Source: a virus. From it: DNA of 64,000 bases. The first letter of the stretch is position 1; every line of letters starts with the position of its first letter. The translations under genes were made by a program, and so were the position numbers. Below, in pieces: positions 37,601 through 46,275 of the stretch. Below the pieces are notes generated by a model. It saw nothing but the letters and a program-made list of their open reading frames with translations. It did no database searches and was not told the origin of the DNA. The DNA is taken from the IMG/VR virus record IMGVR_UViG_3300027848_000009, positions 32,001 to 96,000 of that record. One strand, written 5' to 3'.

Positions 37601-39685
37601 CGACTTCCCATTCATCCACTCGATTTGCTGATCAATCAGATCACTGTCGATGACGCCCATTTTCTGAAGAGCACGAAGTTCGGTCATGCCCTCCATGAGC
37701 ATGACTGCAAGGGTGATCCCTGATTCTTGTCTGAGCGGGCCCTCTCCGTTTTCTCCCCAGAATTCCTTGACTTTGTCTTGGTAGTATTTACCGGACAGGA
37801 TGTGAAGCATGCTTCCTTCGAAGGCATGGATGCCGACGGGAGGAAAACCCTCCGGCAGGTATTCCGCTGGAAGGAGACCCTGTATGACGCTGTTCAATGC
37901 CTCCCCCCACTGCTCGTTACTCCACTGATCAGGTGGATCCGTCAAAGCCACCACCCCATTTTTACCCACCGCATAGGTGACACCACGATTGTTCCAATCG
38001 TCAATGACCAGTTTCTGAACAGCGGCGTACTGCTGCAGATGGCCCATTTCGTGGTAACCAATATGTCGCGCCTGCGCTTGGAGCGATCCATGCCGCGCGG
38101 CAGAAAGGTCAGACGCGTACCTGTCCTTCCAACGCTCTAGATCGATCTCGCCCTGAAAGAATTCTTGAAGCGCCTGCCATTGCTGACCCTCGCTGCCGGT
38201 TCCATCCGTTGAGACGATCCTGATCTTTCCGTCGTCCAGATAGAAGGCTCCATCATCATCGATCATTGGTCGCAGAACTTGGACGAGCGGGTTGACCTCC
38301 ATGGTCATGCCGAAACCAGTAGTGTTTTGGTAACTAATTGGAGAGAGTTCCGCTTCGGTCAACCAGTAATTTTCGAGATTCCCATTTTCGCGACCGGCAT
38401 CGTATGGCCTGAAAGTTATTTTTTTGAGGAGGCGCACTGATTCAGGGTCGTCATGGAACTCGTGGAGGATGGACTCAAGAGTCCCTCTGAGTACATCGTG
38501 ATGTCGATCAACGAGGATCTCCACCATCTTTGCCGCGTCCGCTGGGTCAACTGACGGATCAACGTAGTCGAGGTAATCCTGACGAAGCCTCGCATCCAGA
38601 TTCTGGAGATTCTCCAAAAGAGTTTTGTTCGGGTCGTAGACGGAATCTCCAAAAATGCCGGAGAACAAGCCTTCGAATTCGACATCCCACATGCCGTTGT
38701 TCCTCAGACCCAAAATGGTGTCCCACAAGTCTGCGTTTAGGTCGGTATCACCAGTTGCAGACACCATCTTTCGCAACGTGTCCAGCGCTGCATCTTTTTC
38801 CGCAAGCCGTTGATCGAAAACGCTTTTTGGGGCAAGCATCTGCGAGGCCGCTTCCATTGCGCGCCTGTTGGAAGCAAAACGCGGATCATCCGCATCAGCT
38901 TCCAGCATCTCCATGTACCGCCCCATCGCTACATGGTTGTTGAACCAACTACCTACACGACCAAGCCGTCGGATGGCGGATACTGGGGCCACGAAACAGT
39001 TGGTCCCGAACTCGTCCGTGAACTGGTTTGCTGCCGGAGTTCCGGGAGGACAACGGAATTTTCCTAGTTCGTCGACGATGACACCAATTGCTCTCGCTGA
39101 GCGGGAACCGAGACTGCCGCCGGGGACAACTGAGCCGATGCTCCTACCGAGAGCTTTCGTTTCCACTCCGTCAGGAAGAGACTTGACGTTTACCGTTCGC
39201 TTCGAATCTTCGATCCTTGCGCCAGTTCTTGGGTCCGCTTCGTATTCGTTGACAATAATTTTCGGCGTCTTTTTTTTGAAGGCAAGCGCCTCCATCATCC
39301 CCAATCGCCGCTCGTCTGGTCGAAGTTCCTTGGGGGGAGAAACCCACCCGAAGTTTGGTTCATCGCCCTTGCGGAGCATATCCTTTGCGGTCACATGCAA
39401 TTTTAGAACATCGCCGGGTTGACGCGTCTTGTTCGGCGCAAACCTTACTTCTGGTATGGTCTCCTTGACACCGGAACCGGCGGTCCTCTTCTGGGACTCC
39501 TTGTCGTTCCCGCCGACGGCGTCGCCGATGAGCGCTTTGACGGACCACTCTGCATCAATCTCTGATCTGGTGCTGGAGATTGCAGCGTGAATACGGAACT
39601 GTTGGCCTAGCCACTCGTAATCACGACGGTGGGTGCCTAAAACTCGTTCCGAATGTATATATCTGGTGGCTCGGGTTAGGGCCAT
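34643..39685 (-). CDS. 1680-aa polyvalent protein: zincin, degenerate VIP2-like ART and DUF3626-like regions
   Basis: GYHEMGH..EGMTE; IVVPKGSRG..LTLPPGSF; RPLIG..YG..VLRPEV..GD. Confidence 0.6.
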   Translation of the reverse strand: MALTRATRYIHSERVLGTHRRDYEWLGQQFRIHAAISSTRSEIDAEWSVKALIGDAVGGNDKESQKRTAGSGVKETIPEVRFAPNKTRQPGDVLKLHVTAKDMLRKGDEPNFGWVSPPKELRPDERRLGMMEALAFKKKTPKIIVNEYEADPRTGARIEDSKRTVNVKSLPDGVETKALGRSIGSVVPGGSLGSRSARAIGVIVDELGKFRCPPGTPAANQFTDEFGTNCFVAPVSAIRRLGRVGSWFNNHVAMGRYMEMLEADADDPRFASNRRAMEAASQMLAPKSVFDQRLAEKDAALDTLRKMVSATGDTDLNADLWDTILGLRNNGMWDVEFEGLFSGIFGDSVYDPNKTLLENLQNLDARLRQDYLDYVDPSVDPADAAKMVEILVDRHHDVLRGTLESILHEFHDDPESVRLLKKITFRPYDAGRENGNLENYWLTEAELSPISYQNTTGFGMTMEVNPLVQVLRPMIDDDGAFYLDDGKIRIVSTDGTGSEGQQWQALQEFFQGEIDLERWKDRYASDLSAARHGSLQAQARHIGYHEMGHLQQYAAVQKLVIDDWNNRGVTYAVGKNGVVALTDPPDQWSNEQWGEALNSVIQGLLPAEYLPEGFPPVGIHAFEGSMLHILSGKYYQDKVKEFWGENGEGPLRQESGITLAVMLMEGMTELRALQKMGVIDSDLIDQQIEWMNGKSDINSPVTPSGPPKWSPAPPGNTPPPTPPNIPATNPPNSPPGSPVPDDTELSIIPSEITWMVDKETGEILSTQGPWDLMERYFIARHGGRPDDKRGGNQEIPRKSIARTWGWPDVPYSQLGADGLDGRFKVLQTDADQLLERIDAGEQLDDDDTARLWMASKGMAQIADENARRRNASDKIRQERSSKFERNDSGKIFRKSKKPYKKNAGDDDEIYDDDRYRQAMIQTEQSIPGRYPDAPKSWTEDPAGHGSEQSMEAMRSMNNVEQAAMTKDLKERNKSYVHGGTDLEDAVKRAAEVRGQEVDNTGPHPSPSKEIAETILPVLDAMERNPVSETVEGYVIFDDGDDLIPIDTYIEAEDGRSFQLLLDGLRSKRSRGFVELQVVSSREESNIDYANSGNRTKIVVPKGSRGMWRENEDGENSKLTLPPGSFDVVEDVDGVQTMIPSRQESSSDFAGRLLGDMSEWGNPGSVAEMRERSDLERVLRGRQVEQPRHVRSHFSQDSAVRTKMIKRRNDMDRGFADNSIEPFNPDFSARDQTLDRSTATSMILTADRLADGDLSDNLRTADGREFSMTPETRDFIERSGSDAVTKKVAEAAEQWHEGVDRRVRSRVSSDELNDLLETGSPTRADRSMMMAEFERNNGWPTGAPPDSRPLIGHATHAVHDNIVDDLLERSGRGGFPALRRSGFFDHSGDSPHGPLSPYGESDIVLRPEVSMRSAYALGDILRDPAAMTRLNDTDPRRYASQLAVSRRGEGDTALRMGNLLHAGLTGDFRGVQMRDMPPEVEQNGMMTRLPRSFGSADIPMETAIAGGFDIADIERIDVPIDSLGWKRLELRRGDIDFQASGTAQNLKRAGWSDAEIDFLLESLSNGRLPNIKSANLLRQHRAANADRIRFDRAGVNVRYTNADGIDLFSRRDLTSSTDSGARIGRVRNVEEALLVRLDDEVSARQATLRPIVQQGMRNMRGSKSLDSHSPVYEAALREVGE

Positions 39686-39708
39686 TGGGACCCACTCTTT
39701 CCCGGCGC

Positions 39709-41061
39709 TCAGGCGAGACCGTCGACGTCGCCGTCCTCGTTGGTTAGCATTTCGAACTCCGCAATCGACTGCATGAACGCGGCATCAACGTCCGAAAGGA
39801 CATCTGCCTTCTTTGAGGCCGACCAGTTGGCGGGAAGCATGTCTTCCTTGCCCATTTCACGAGCGCGCTTCATGATGTGCTTCTTCGCCGTCTCCTTGTC
39901 GGCTGCGCGACCGTGGGCCATGATGGCGTTACGGAGATCGTCGACGTTGGAGATAGGGAACGAACCGTCAGACATGGCGAGGCCCTCTTTGGCCATCTCC
40001 TCACGCTGTTCCTCGTTGAAGGCGCGCTTGAGGGCGATCTCTGCGGCTTCCGCCTCGATTTCTTCTGCCTCGTCCGGCTCGTAAGCGTCGTATCCAAGAA
40101 CCTCGCCGTCGAGGGCGACGAACACGTCGTACGACTTTCCGTCAATTCCATCAATCTCGACTGCGTAGCAGTCAAAACCTTCGAAGGTGTCTGGTTCGAC
40201 CGCCATCACTGAACCATCGAGCCCGTCGAGGCTTTTCACTGCGATATCGCATGCCTCGGTGAAGCCGATAAGTTCCGTTTCCTCGTACAAAGACTTCTGC
40301 TCGAAAACTGAATCGTCGAGGCGATGGAAGGCGAGAACTTCGCCCGTAGTTCCTTCCATGTAGACCTCGATCGCTCGCCCATCCTTGACTTGAAGATCGA
40401 CGATGTAGACGTCGCTGCTCTGGGCGTAGCCGGAATCAATAACCGTTCCGTCGAACTCGGCCTCCGCTTTGCCTTCAATCTCGATGAGACCCGGCATCCC
40501 CTTCTCCGACATGCACCCGCCCGGGCAGTCGTCGCACATGCCGCTGCTTCCGGAGTAAACCTTGCGATCGATTGCGCAAAGGAATCCGGATTTACCGACG
40601 TTTGCTGTTTTCTTGCCCATCGTATTCAGGCGACGCTTGCGGGCATCACCCATCCAGCGCTTGGCGACGGGGGCGTCCTCTTCGTCTTCGTCGTCTTCGT
40701 CGTCTTCGTCGTCTACGGCGGTGTCGTCGTCGGTCTCGGGATCTGACTCGACGTCGGTGGCGTCTTCCTCGTCGGCCTCGGGATCAACGTCGGGGGCGTC
40801 CTCGTCTTCCTCTTCTTCGTCGTCAATTTCAGAGCCAACGGCGGCGAGTGCCTTTTCCACCAACTCGTCCTCGTCGTCGATTTCTTCCATTTCCTCATCG
40901 GAAACTGGAACCATCTTCATGGAAACGGGTATTGCTCCGCACTTTCCACAGACTTTCGCGCCCGCCGTGTATCCGCACTCATCTCCACTGAGACCTTTTG
41001 CGCACTTAAGAACACCACCGTCAGCGTCAATCTTGACAACTGCTTTCTCGTCGTAACTCAT
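39709..41061 (-). CDS. Acidic protein with PepSY-like repeats and a phage head-associated C-terminal domain
   Basis: AAGGAG RBS; Cys clusters; Y-x-V-E/D..GEVL twice; DGSFPISNVDDLRNAI..GRA..KKHI. Confidence 0.6.
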   Translation of the reverse strand: MSYDEKAVVKIDADGGVLKCAKGLSGDECGYTAGAKVCGKCGAIPVSMKMVPVSDEEMEEIDDEDELVEKALAAVGSEIDDEEEEDEDAPDVDPEADEEDATDVESDPETDDDTAVDDEDDEDDEDEEDAPVAKRWMGDARKRRLNTMGKKTANVGKSGFLCAIDRKVYSGSSGMCDDCPGGCMSEKGMPGLIEIEGKAEAEFDGTVIDSGYAQSSDVYIVDLQVKDGRAIEVYMEGTTGEVLAFHRLDDSVFEQKSLYEETELIGFTEACDIAVKSLDGLDGSVMAVEPDTFEGFDCYAVEIDGIDGKSYDVFVALDGEVLGYDAYEPDEAEEIEAEAAEIALKRAFNEEQREEMAKEGLAMSDGSFPISNVDDLRNAIMAHGRAADKETAKKHIMKRAREMGKEDMLPANWSASKKADVLSDVDAAFMQSIAEFEMLTNEDGDVDGLA

Positions 41062-41245
41062 CGTTGCTGGCTCCTTACAGTGCATGTTCTTGAGTAGACA
41101 ATCATTTTGAAAATACTACACCTTCACATGGCATCATAGCCTTAAGGCGTGGAGACCACGCAGAAGTATTTGGGGTAATTTTCACTAAGACCGTTTGTCA
41201 AATTGTACCCTAGATTGGTGTTGGTTGAGGGGAAAGCCCAAATAA

Positions 41246-44200
41246 TCAATTGTTCGGGATGCTGACAGTCCTTCCTTGAGAGTTTGTCCTCTCCTGTGTC
41301 CGGCTAGTTATTTCTTCAGTTGTCCCCGTTATGAATGTTCCCATCGCTGCTTCAGCAAAAATATCAAGGAGCCTCGTGAAAATGTCTACCCTTGATCCGC
41401 CTGTTTCCATTTGTCGATCGACCACGACCATGAGGGCGTCCATTATCTGGTCTACCTCGTCTTGGGTGACCGTAACTGTTCCGACGTTCGTCCTGCGGTC
41501 ACCAAGTTTTCCGGAGTCTTGACGGCCCATAATGCCCTGCAAGAGTCTAAGCGCGTCAGATGTTTGTCTGTCGCTGCTTGAGCGTGCTTCTCTAATTTCC
41601 TTGTCGAGAGAATCTTCAATCTTTTTGAAGAATGTTGCCTCTTCAATAATCTGGGTGCGACCCTTTTTCTCGGAGCGAAGGCCGCCAACGCTTCTCGAAT
41701 TCGCATATTCCTGAACAGATTCACTTGGCTTATAGTTGCGCATTGAGCGCATGCCAGCCTCTGAAAGGAAACGCGCAGCCCCCGTTCCGGTATTAGGGAT
41801 ATCGTCTTCATCAATCCCGCCGACCCGGAGGGCAGCGGCCGAGTCGCCCTGCTCGATGGCGCCATTACGTTGGTAGCCGTCGACCATCTCGCCAATAACC
41901 GTATTCAACGATCGTGCCGCTTGCATACTCGCAGACTCTTTTGCTGTGAGTTCCCTGCCTTGGAACTGCTCCATGTATTCATCGAGCGTGGCTTGCATTG
42001 ATTCGAGCATCGTCATCGTGACCTCGTCGCCCTCGTTGGTAAGATCAGAAAGAGCATCCCAAACCTCTTGATGATCCTCTGATGCATCACCGTCAGCAAC
42101 GGCGTCGGCGAGACGTGTTTGGTTCCCTGAGACACGTTTGTCAACTTTAGATAGATCCCGTTTGCGTTGTTCCGTCCATTGGGCCGGGGAGATTTCTGGC
42201 GACTGTTCCTCTGGAACTGCGTCTCCAGTGGGCTGTTCGGGTGGAGCGGATGGACTTGGTGCTGGCGGAGTATTGGCCAATTCCTGAGTGATTTGACGTC
42301 GCCGAGACTGGCGTTCTTCCCTGCGCTCCTGCTCCTCTATCTTCTTGCCTATTTCTGTGGAAAGGCGCCGGAAATCGACTTCCTTCATGCCGCTCTTCTT
42401 GGGAGAATAAAAAGCATAGAGTTCGTCAAACTGCTGATCTGGGGGTAGTTCATCCCATCCTTCGGGTTTGATTTCTTCCCACTTTTTGCCCACATTTTGG
42501 CTGTTTGCAATTCTGGTACCCATTGGGCGCCCGGGCCGGTTGGCTGTTTCTGCTACAGCCGACGAACGCTCCTCCGGGCCGGGTCGCTTACTGGAACGGA
42601 GACCGCTTCCGCGCGCCGACTGCGCTCCGTCAAGAATTGACCACCCCTTGGGGGAGATGTCGTCAACTTCTAGACCAGCAAACCGATCCCTGATGGGCGG
42701 CTCGGATTCAGACTGGCCCCATTCCAGAAGGCTGGACATGTTGCGCTTTGTCATGCCGGGAGGTGTTGGTCTTTTACCAGCAAAACCACCGCCCTTCTTG
42801 AGATTGGGTGATTCGTATGTCCCATTTGGCGACAGGGCGGCAAAGTCGATTATGTCTTTTGCCGCACGCATGGGGGCTGGGACTTCGCTGGACTCGTTCC
42901 GCTTTGCGTACTCGTTGAACCCTGACTGAATTCTTTGAGCCAAATCTTGAGGCATCTTTTCAGAGTTGCCTTGGAGCCATTTGTCGAGTTCGGAAAACGC
43001 TGTAATTCCCTGAGCATTTTTCTGCTCCCGTTCCAATGAGCGACGAATGTCGCCGCGCTCATCAGCGTTGAGTTTCAGGGAGACGCCGTTTTCTGGAATC
43101 CGAGAGTTGCTCCGGGGTCCCATGGAGTTCATTTTCTGACGGTCCGGGTCGAGATTGCCGTCAACCCATTTTCCGTTCCTTGCTCCACCCTTCATCCGTG
43201 AAAGAAAGTCCGACAGTTCAAGGATGGAACCCGAATCATCGTCGCCAATGCGAGAGTTCAGGGTGTCGATAGCAATCTGCAAATTTGAACGATCAATTAT
43301 CGACGGTCCTGTTTTGGGGTCGATCTGAGATGCGAGCGATCGCAGCGTATCTGCTACCGGTCGGTCAAGTGATGCGTTGTCGACAAAATCCTGAAGCGTC
43401 TCAGCGTAGGAGATACGATCACGTGCAGGCGCCGCCAATTCGATCTGATCGCTGTTCTTCCGCGACCTCATTCCACGTCCACGATTTTTCCGAGTAAACC
43501 ACTCTGCCGCCTCGTTCACTCCGTCGCGAAGTTTTTTGCTTTTATCTCTAGTGCTGTAAGGGCTATTGTTTGCGGCGCCGGTCAAGGTTGGTTGTTGGAC
43601 GAATTCTCTCGCCTCGTCAGCCGACGGGATTCTTTCATTGATCCAACTGATGTCCTCTTCAAGAATGGACCGCTCGACTCGATTGTCATCAAGATCGTTG
43701 ATCGCCTCAAGCGTCTGATCCATGTAGTAGGCGTAGTCGCCCTCTTCGATCACGTCGGCGTCGAAGTTGTCTTTTAGCCACTTTTCTGCCGCCGCCTCCG
43801 GATTACTTGAGTTGCGGATCTCATCAAGTTCATATTTGTTCATTGACAGAGAGCGAGTAGCGGAACGCAGTTGATCGCGCATATCGCTTTCGTCTTTATT
43901 CAGATCACTGAGTTTCTCCTCGACCTGCTCTGCGTAATCAGCCAAGTCGTCAACGTGATTGCTGATTGAAGAAATTCGATCTTCGGATTCCCCAAGTTCG
44001 GACAAGTCGTCTAGGAACCATGATTCGTAATTATCTGAAAGGCGTTGAGCGTCTTCTGGGGTGAACTTGTCTGCTCCACCCAATCGATTTGCCAATATGG
44101 CTGTCGCCAGTTCCGTATTGGAACGACCTTGTTCTGTTTCAAGAATAGACATTGCCCATAAGTCGTCGTACGACTTTCCGGCACGCTTCTTCATGGCTTC

Positions 44201-46177
44201 GACTTGTGAAGAAACGATCTCTTTAGCTTCGTCAAGCTCGTCCTTGATTTCGGCGAAATCCATTTTTTCAAGACGATTCTTATATGTGTTTTTACGCATA
44301 GACCGAAGACCTTCATCTCCGGTTCCAGTGTTTGCGGATGGCGCCTGCGGAAGGTTCGGTAACTTTGGTGTTGACGGCGTGGCTGGGCGCTCAAAGGGCG
44401 AGCCCTCCTGAACCAAGCCATCGTTGTCGCCGTCTATTGCGTTTGGATCGAACCGTTGCGTTACGGCCCGCAGGGACCTAAGTGCTTTTTTTGAACCACC
44501 CCCAAAGATGTTCTTGCTGGCATTATAGATTGCCTGCATGAACTCTTCGGTTGTCCCTGAGAGCACTTTGATTCCGTGCTCGGTCACCTCGACTTCGGTT
44601 TTGTGATACTCGAAGATTGGATCGAGGGCTTCTTTGACCCTGAAAACCTGCGAGGGGTCGCACTCAATGATGACGTTTTGCTGTTCCTCATTGAAACCCG
44701 ACATTTCTGACATGTATTCGAGTGACTTCTCGTCGTCGTCGTGATGCTTCTCTCGCTGACGGAAAATGTCGGCCATCGTCGGCTCGGGCGTTTCCTGAGC
44801 GTAAGCCCTACTCGTGGAATGATTCGGCTTTGTCCGCATAGAGATCGCTGGCATCCGGGGAGGGACAACGGCACTCATGGGCTGGAAGGTCATCTGAGGA
44901 ACGACCCTTTCCGGCTTTCCGAACATGTACTGCTGCGTTTCCCGGTCCCAATGATACGGAAGGCGGTAGTACTTCTTCATTCCTTCTTTCATCTTCGCAA
45001 AGACGACGAGGTTCCCGGTTGCGGTCATCAATTGGATTGGAGCCTGAACCCGTGAAGCGATCTCTATTTCAAGAGAATTTCGCTTTTCTGGGCTAAGAGG
45101 CTGAGCCGCTCCGTCGGAGAAGATGTCACGATTCGGTTCCGGCTTCCTTGCCGAAATCATCTGCATCATCATGTGATTCTTCTCGGAGACATCCGTGATC
45201 TCGTCATCAAAATCGATTTCGTCGCCCCAGACGCTCTTCACTTGCTCAAGTACGTGATCGAGAGCAATTTCCTCAAACTCTTCCTCGAAAAATGATTCGT
45301 AATCAGAGAAATCGAACTCTTGTTTCCATTCAGCATCTTTTTTCTTTGAGCTTTCGTAGCGCTCAAGGAGTCGGCGACCCTTTGCGGCAAGTTTTGCGGC
45401 ATCGCTACGGTCCTGAGGGGATGGTTCTCCCCATGCTGCAGCAGAAAGCGCTAGTCGGGTCGGCTTGCCGTCCGGTTTCTTCATTGGGCCCGAAGGATTC
45501 GTGAAGAATCGCGTCAAGAAAGAGCCCTTCCTGCACATCTTCTGCGGCGTGTTTGCGGCTCCGCGAACTCCCGGCTTCAGGTTTGCGCCATCCGTCTGAG
45601 CGAAGTGACTGCGCCCCTCGGCGGTCAGACCACCCTCAGGGTCTTTGAGTTTGGCTTGCTTGATTGAGATCGTTCCAGTCAACTGGTTCGCTCCGTGGAG
45701 AACCGGGCTGACCTCGTAAAGTTCGACTTCCTTTAGGACGTTCGCCTGCTTTGAAGGGTCGAAAACTGCGTCGAGCGTTTTGTATCCAATTGACCATTCC
45801 TGCTCAAGGCCGAAGAATTGGACATTGGAAAACGCCTCGCGACCTTTTTCTGAGTTCAGGTTGAACTGAACCTTCGCGTACAGTCCGCCAATTCCTGCCC
45901 TTTTCATCTTTTCTGGGAGACGAGGGTCGGAGGCTGGAACCTCATAAATCTCAAGGATTTTCCCGATTGGGTCGTTCCAGTTGTGTCCCCATACGACGCG
46001 CGGCTTCCTGCGCTTCAGGCTTCCGTCGAACACTCCGGGTGCGCAAATATCACCGACGGAGTCCTTGTTGCCGATTCCGGCGACGAAACACTCCACGATG
46101 CCCTTGGCATCATTTACGGAAACTTGACCGGCGGGTGCCGCTTTGAACTCGATATCATCGAATTGTGAATCAGGCAT
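41246..46177 (-). CDS. HK97-type prohead protease fused to a ~1450-aa extension
   Basis: GNKDSVGD, WGHNWNDPIG, EWSIGY, LYEVSPVLHGAN in the first ~170 aa. Confidence 0.85.
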   Translation of the reverse strand: MPDSQFDDIEFKAAPAGQVSVNDAKGIVECFVAGIGNKDSVGDICAPGVFDGSLKRRKPRVVWGHNWNDPIGKILEIYEVPASDPRLPEKMKRAGIGGLYAKVQFNLNSEKGREAFSNVQFFGLEQEWSIGYKTLDAVFDPSKQANVLKEVELYEVSPVLHGANQLTGTISIKQAKLKDPEGGLTAEGRSHFAQTDGANLKPGVRGAANTPQKMCRKGSFLTRFFTNPSGPMKKPDGKPTRLALSAAAWGEPSPQDRSDAAKLAAKGRRLLERYESSKKKDAEWKQEFDFSDYESFFEEEFEEIALDHVLEQVKSVWGDEIDFDDEITDVSEKNHMMMQMISARKPEPNRDIFSDGAAQPLSPEKRNSLEIEIASRVQAPIQLMTATGNLVVFAKMKEGMKKYYRLPYHWDRETQQYMFGKPERVVPQMTFQPMSAVVPPRMPAISMRTKPNHSTSRAYAQETPEPTMADIFRQREKHHDDDEKSLEYMSEMSGFNEEQQNVIIECDPSQVFRVKEALDPIFEYHKTEVEVTEHGIKVLSGTTEEFMQAIYNASKNIFGGGSKKALRSLRAVTQRFDPNAIDGDNDGLVQEGSPFERPATPSTPKLPNLPQAPSANTGTGDEGLRSMRKNTYKNRLEKMDFAEIKDELDEAKEIVSSQVEAMKKRAGKSYDDLWAMSILETEQGRSNTELATAILANRLGGADKFTPEDAQRLSDNYESWFLDDLSELGESEDRISSISNHVDDLADYAEQVEEKLSDLNKDESDMRDQLRSATRSLSMNKYELDEIRNSSNPEAAAEKWLKDNFDADVIEEGDYAYYMDQTLEAINDLDDNRVERSILEEDISWINERIPSADEAREFVQQPTLTGAANNSPYSTRDKSKKLRDGVNEAAEWFTRKNRGRGMRSRKNSDQIELAAPARDRISYAETLQDFVDNASLDRPVADTLRSLASQIDPKTGPSIIDRSNLQIAIDTLNSRIGDDDSGSILELSDFLSRMKGGARNGKWVDGNLDPDRQKMNSMGPRSNSRIPENGVSLKLNADERGDIRRSLEREQKNAQGITAFSELDKWLQGNSEKMPQDLAQRIQSGFNEYAKRNESSEVPAPMRAAKDIIDFAALSPNGTYESPNLKKGGGFAGKRPTPPGMTKRNMSSLLEWGQSESEPPIRDRFAGLEVDDISPKGWSILDGAQSARGSGLRSSKRPGPEERSSAVAETANRPGRPMGTRIANSQNVGKKWEEIKPEGWDELPPDQQFDELYAFYSPKKSGMKEVDFRRLSTEIGKKIEEQERREERQSRRRQITQELANTPPAPSPSAPPEQPTGDAVPEEQSPEISPAQWTEQRKRDLSKVDKRVSGNQTRLADAVADGDASEDHQEVWDALSDLTNEGDEVTMTMLESMQATLDEYMEQFQGRELTAKESASMQAARSLNTVIGEMVDGYQRNGAIEQGDSAAALRVGGIDEDDIPNTGTGAARFLSEAGMRSMRNYKPSESVQEYANSRSVGGLRSEKKGRTQIIEEATFFKKIEDSLDKEIREARSSSDRQTSDALRLLQGIMGRQDSGKLGDRRTNVGTVTVTQDEVDQIMDALMVVVDRQMETGGSRVDIFTRLLDIFAEAAMGTFITGTTEEITSRTQERTNSQGRTVSIPNN

Positions 46178-46275
46178 GGTTTCTCTCCCTTTGATCATTA
46201 TCAATGATAAACGACTGGAGAGTAGGCTGATGCAACTACGGCATTGTAATTATTCTGTTTACGGAAACAGGGGTG

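Noticed and set aside
40670-40890. TCGTCTTCG-type microsatellite
   Set aside because: Simply encodes the Asp/Glu tract of the acidic head-module protein
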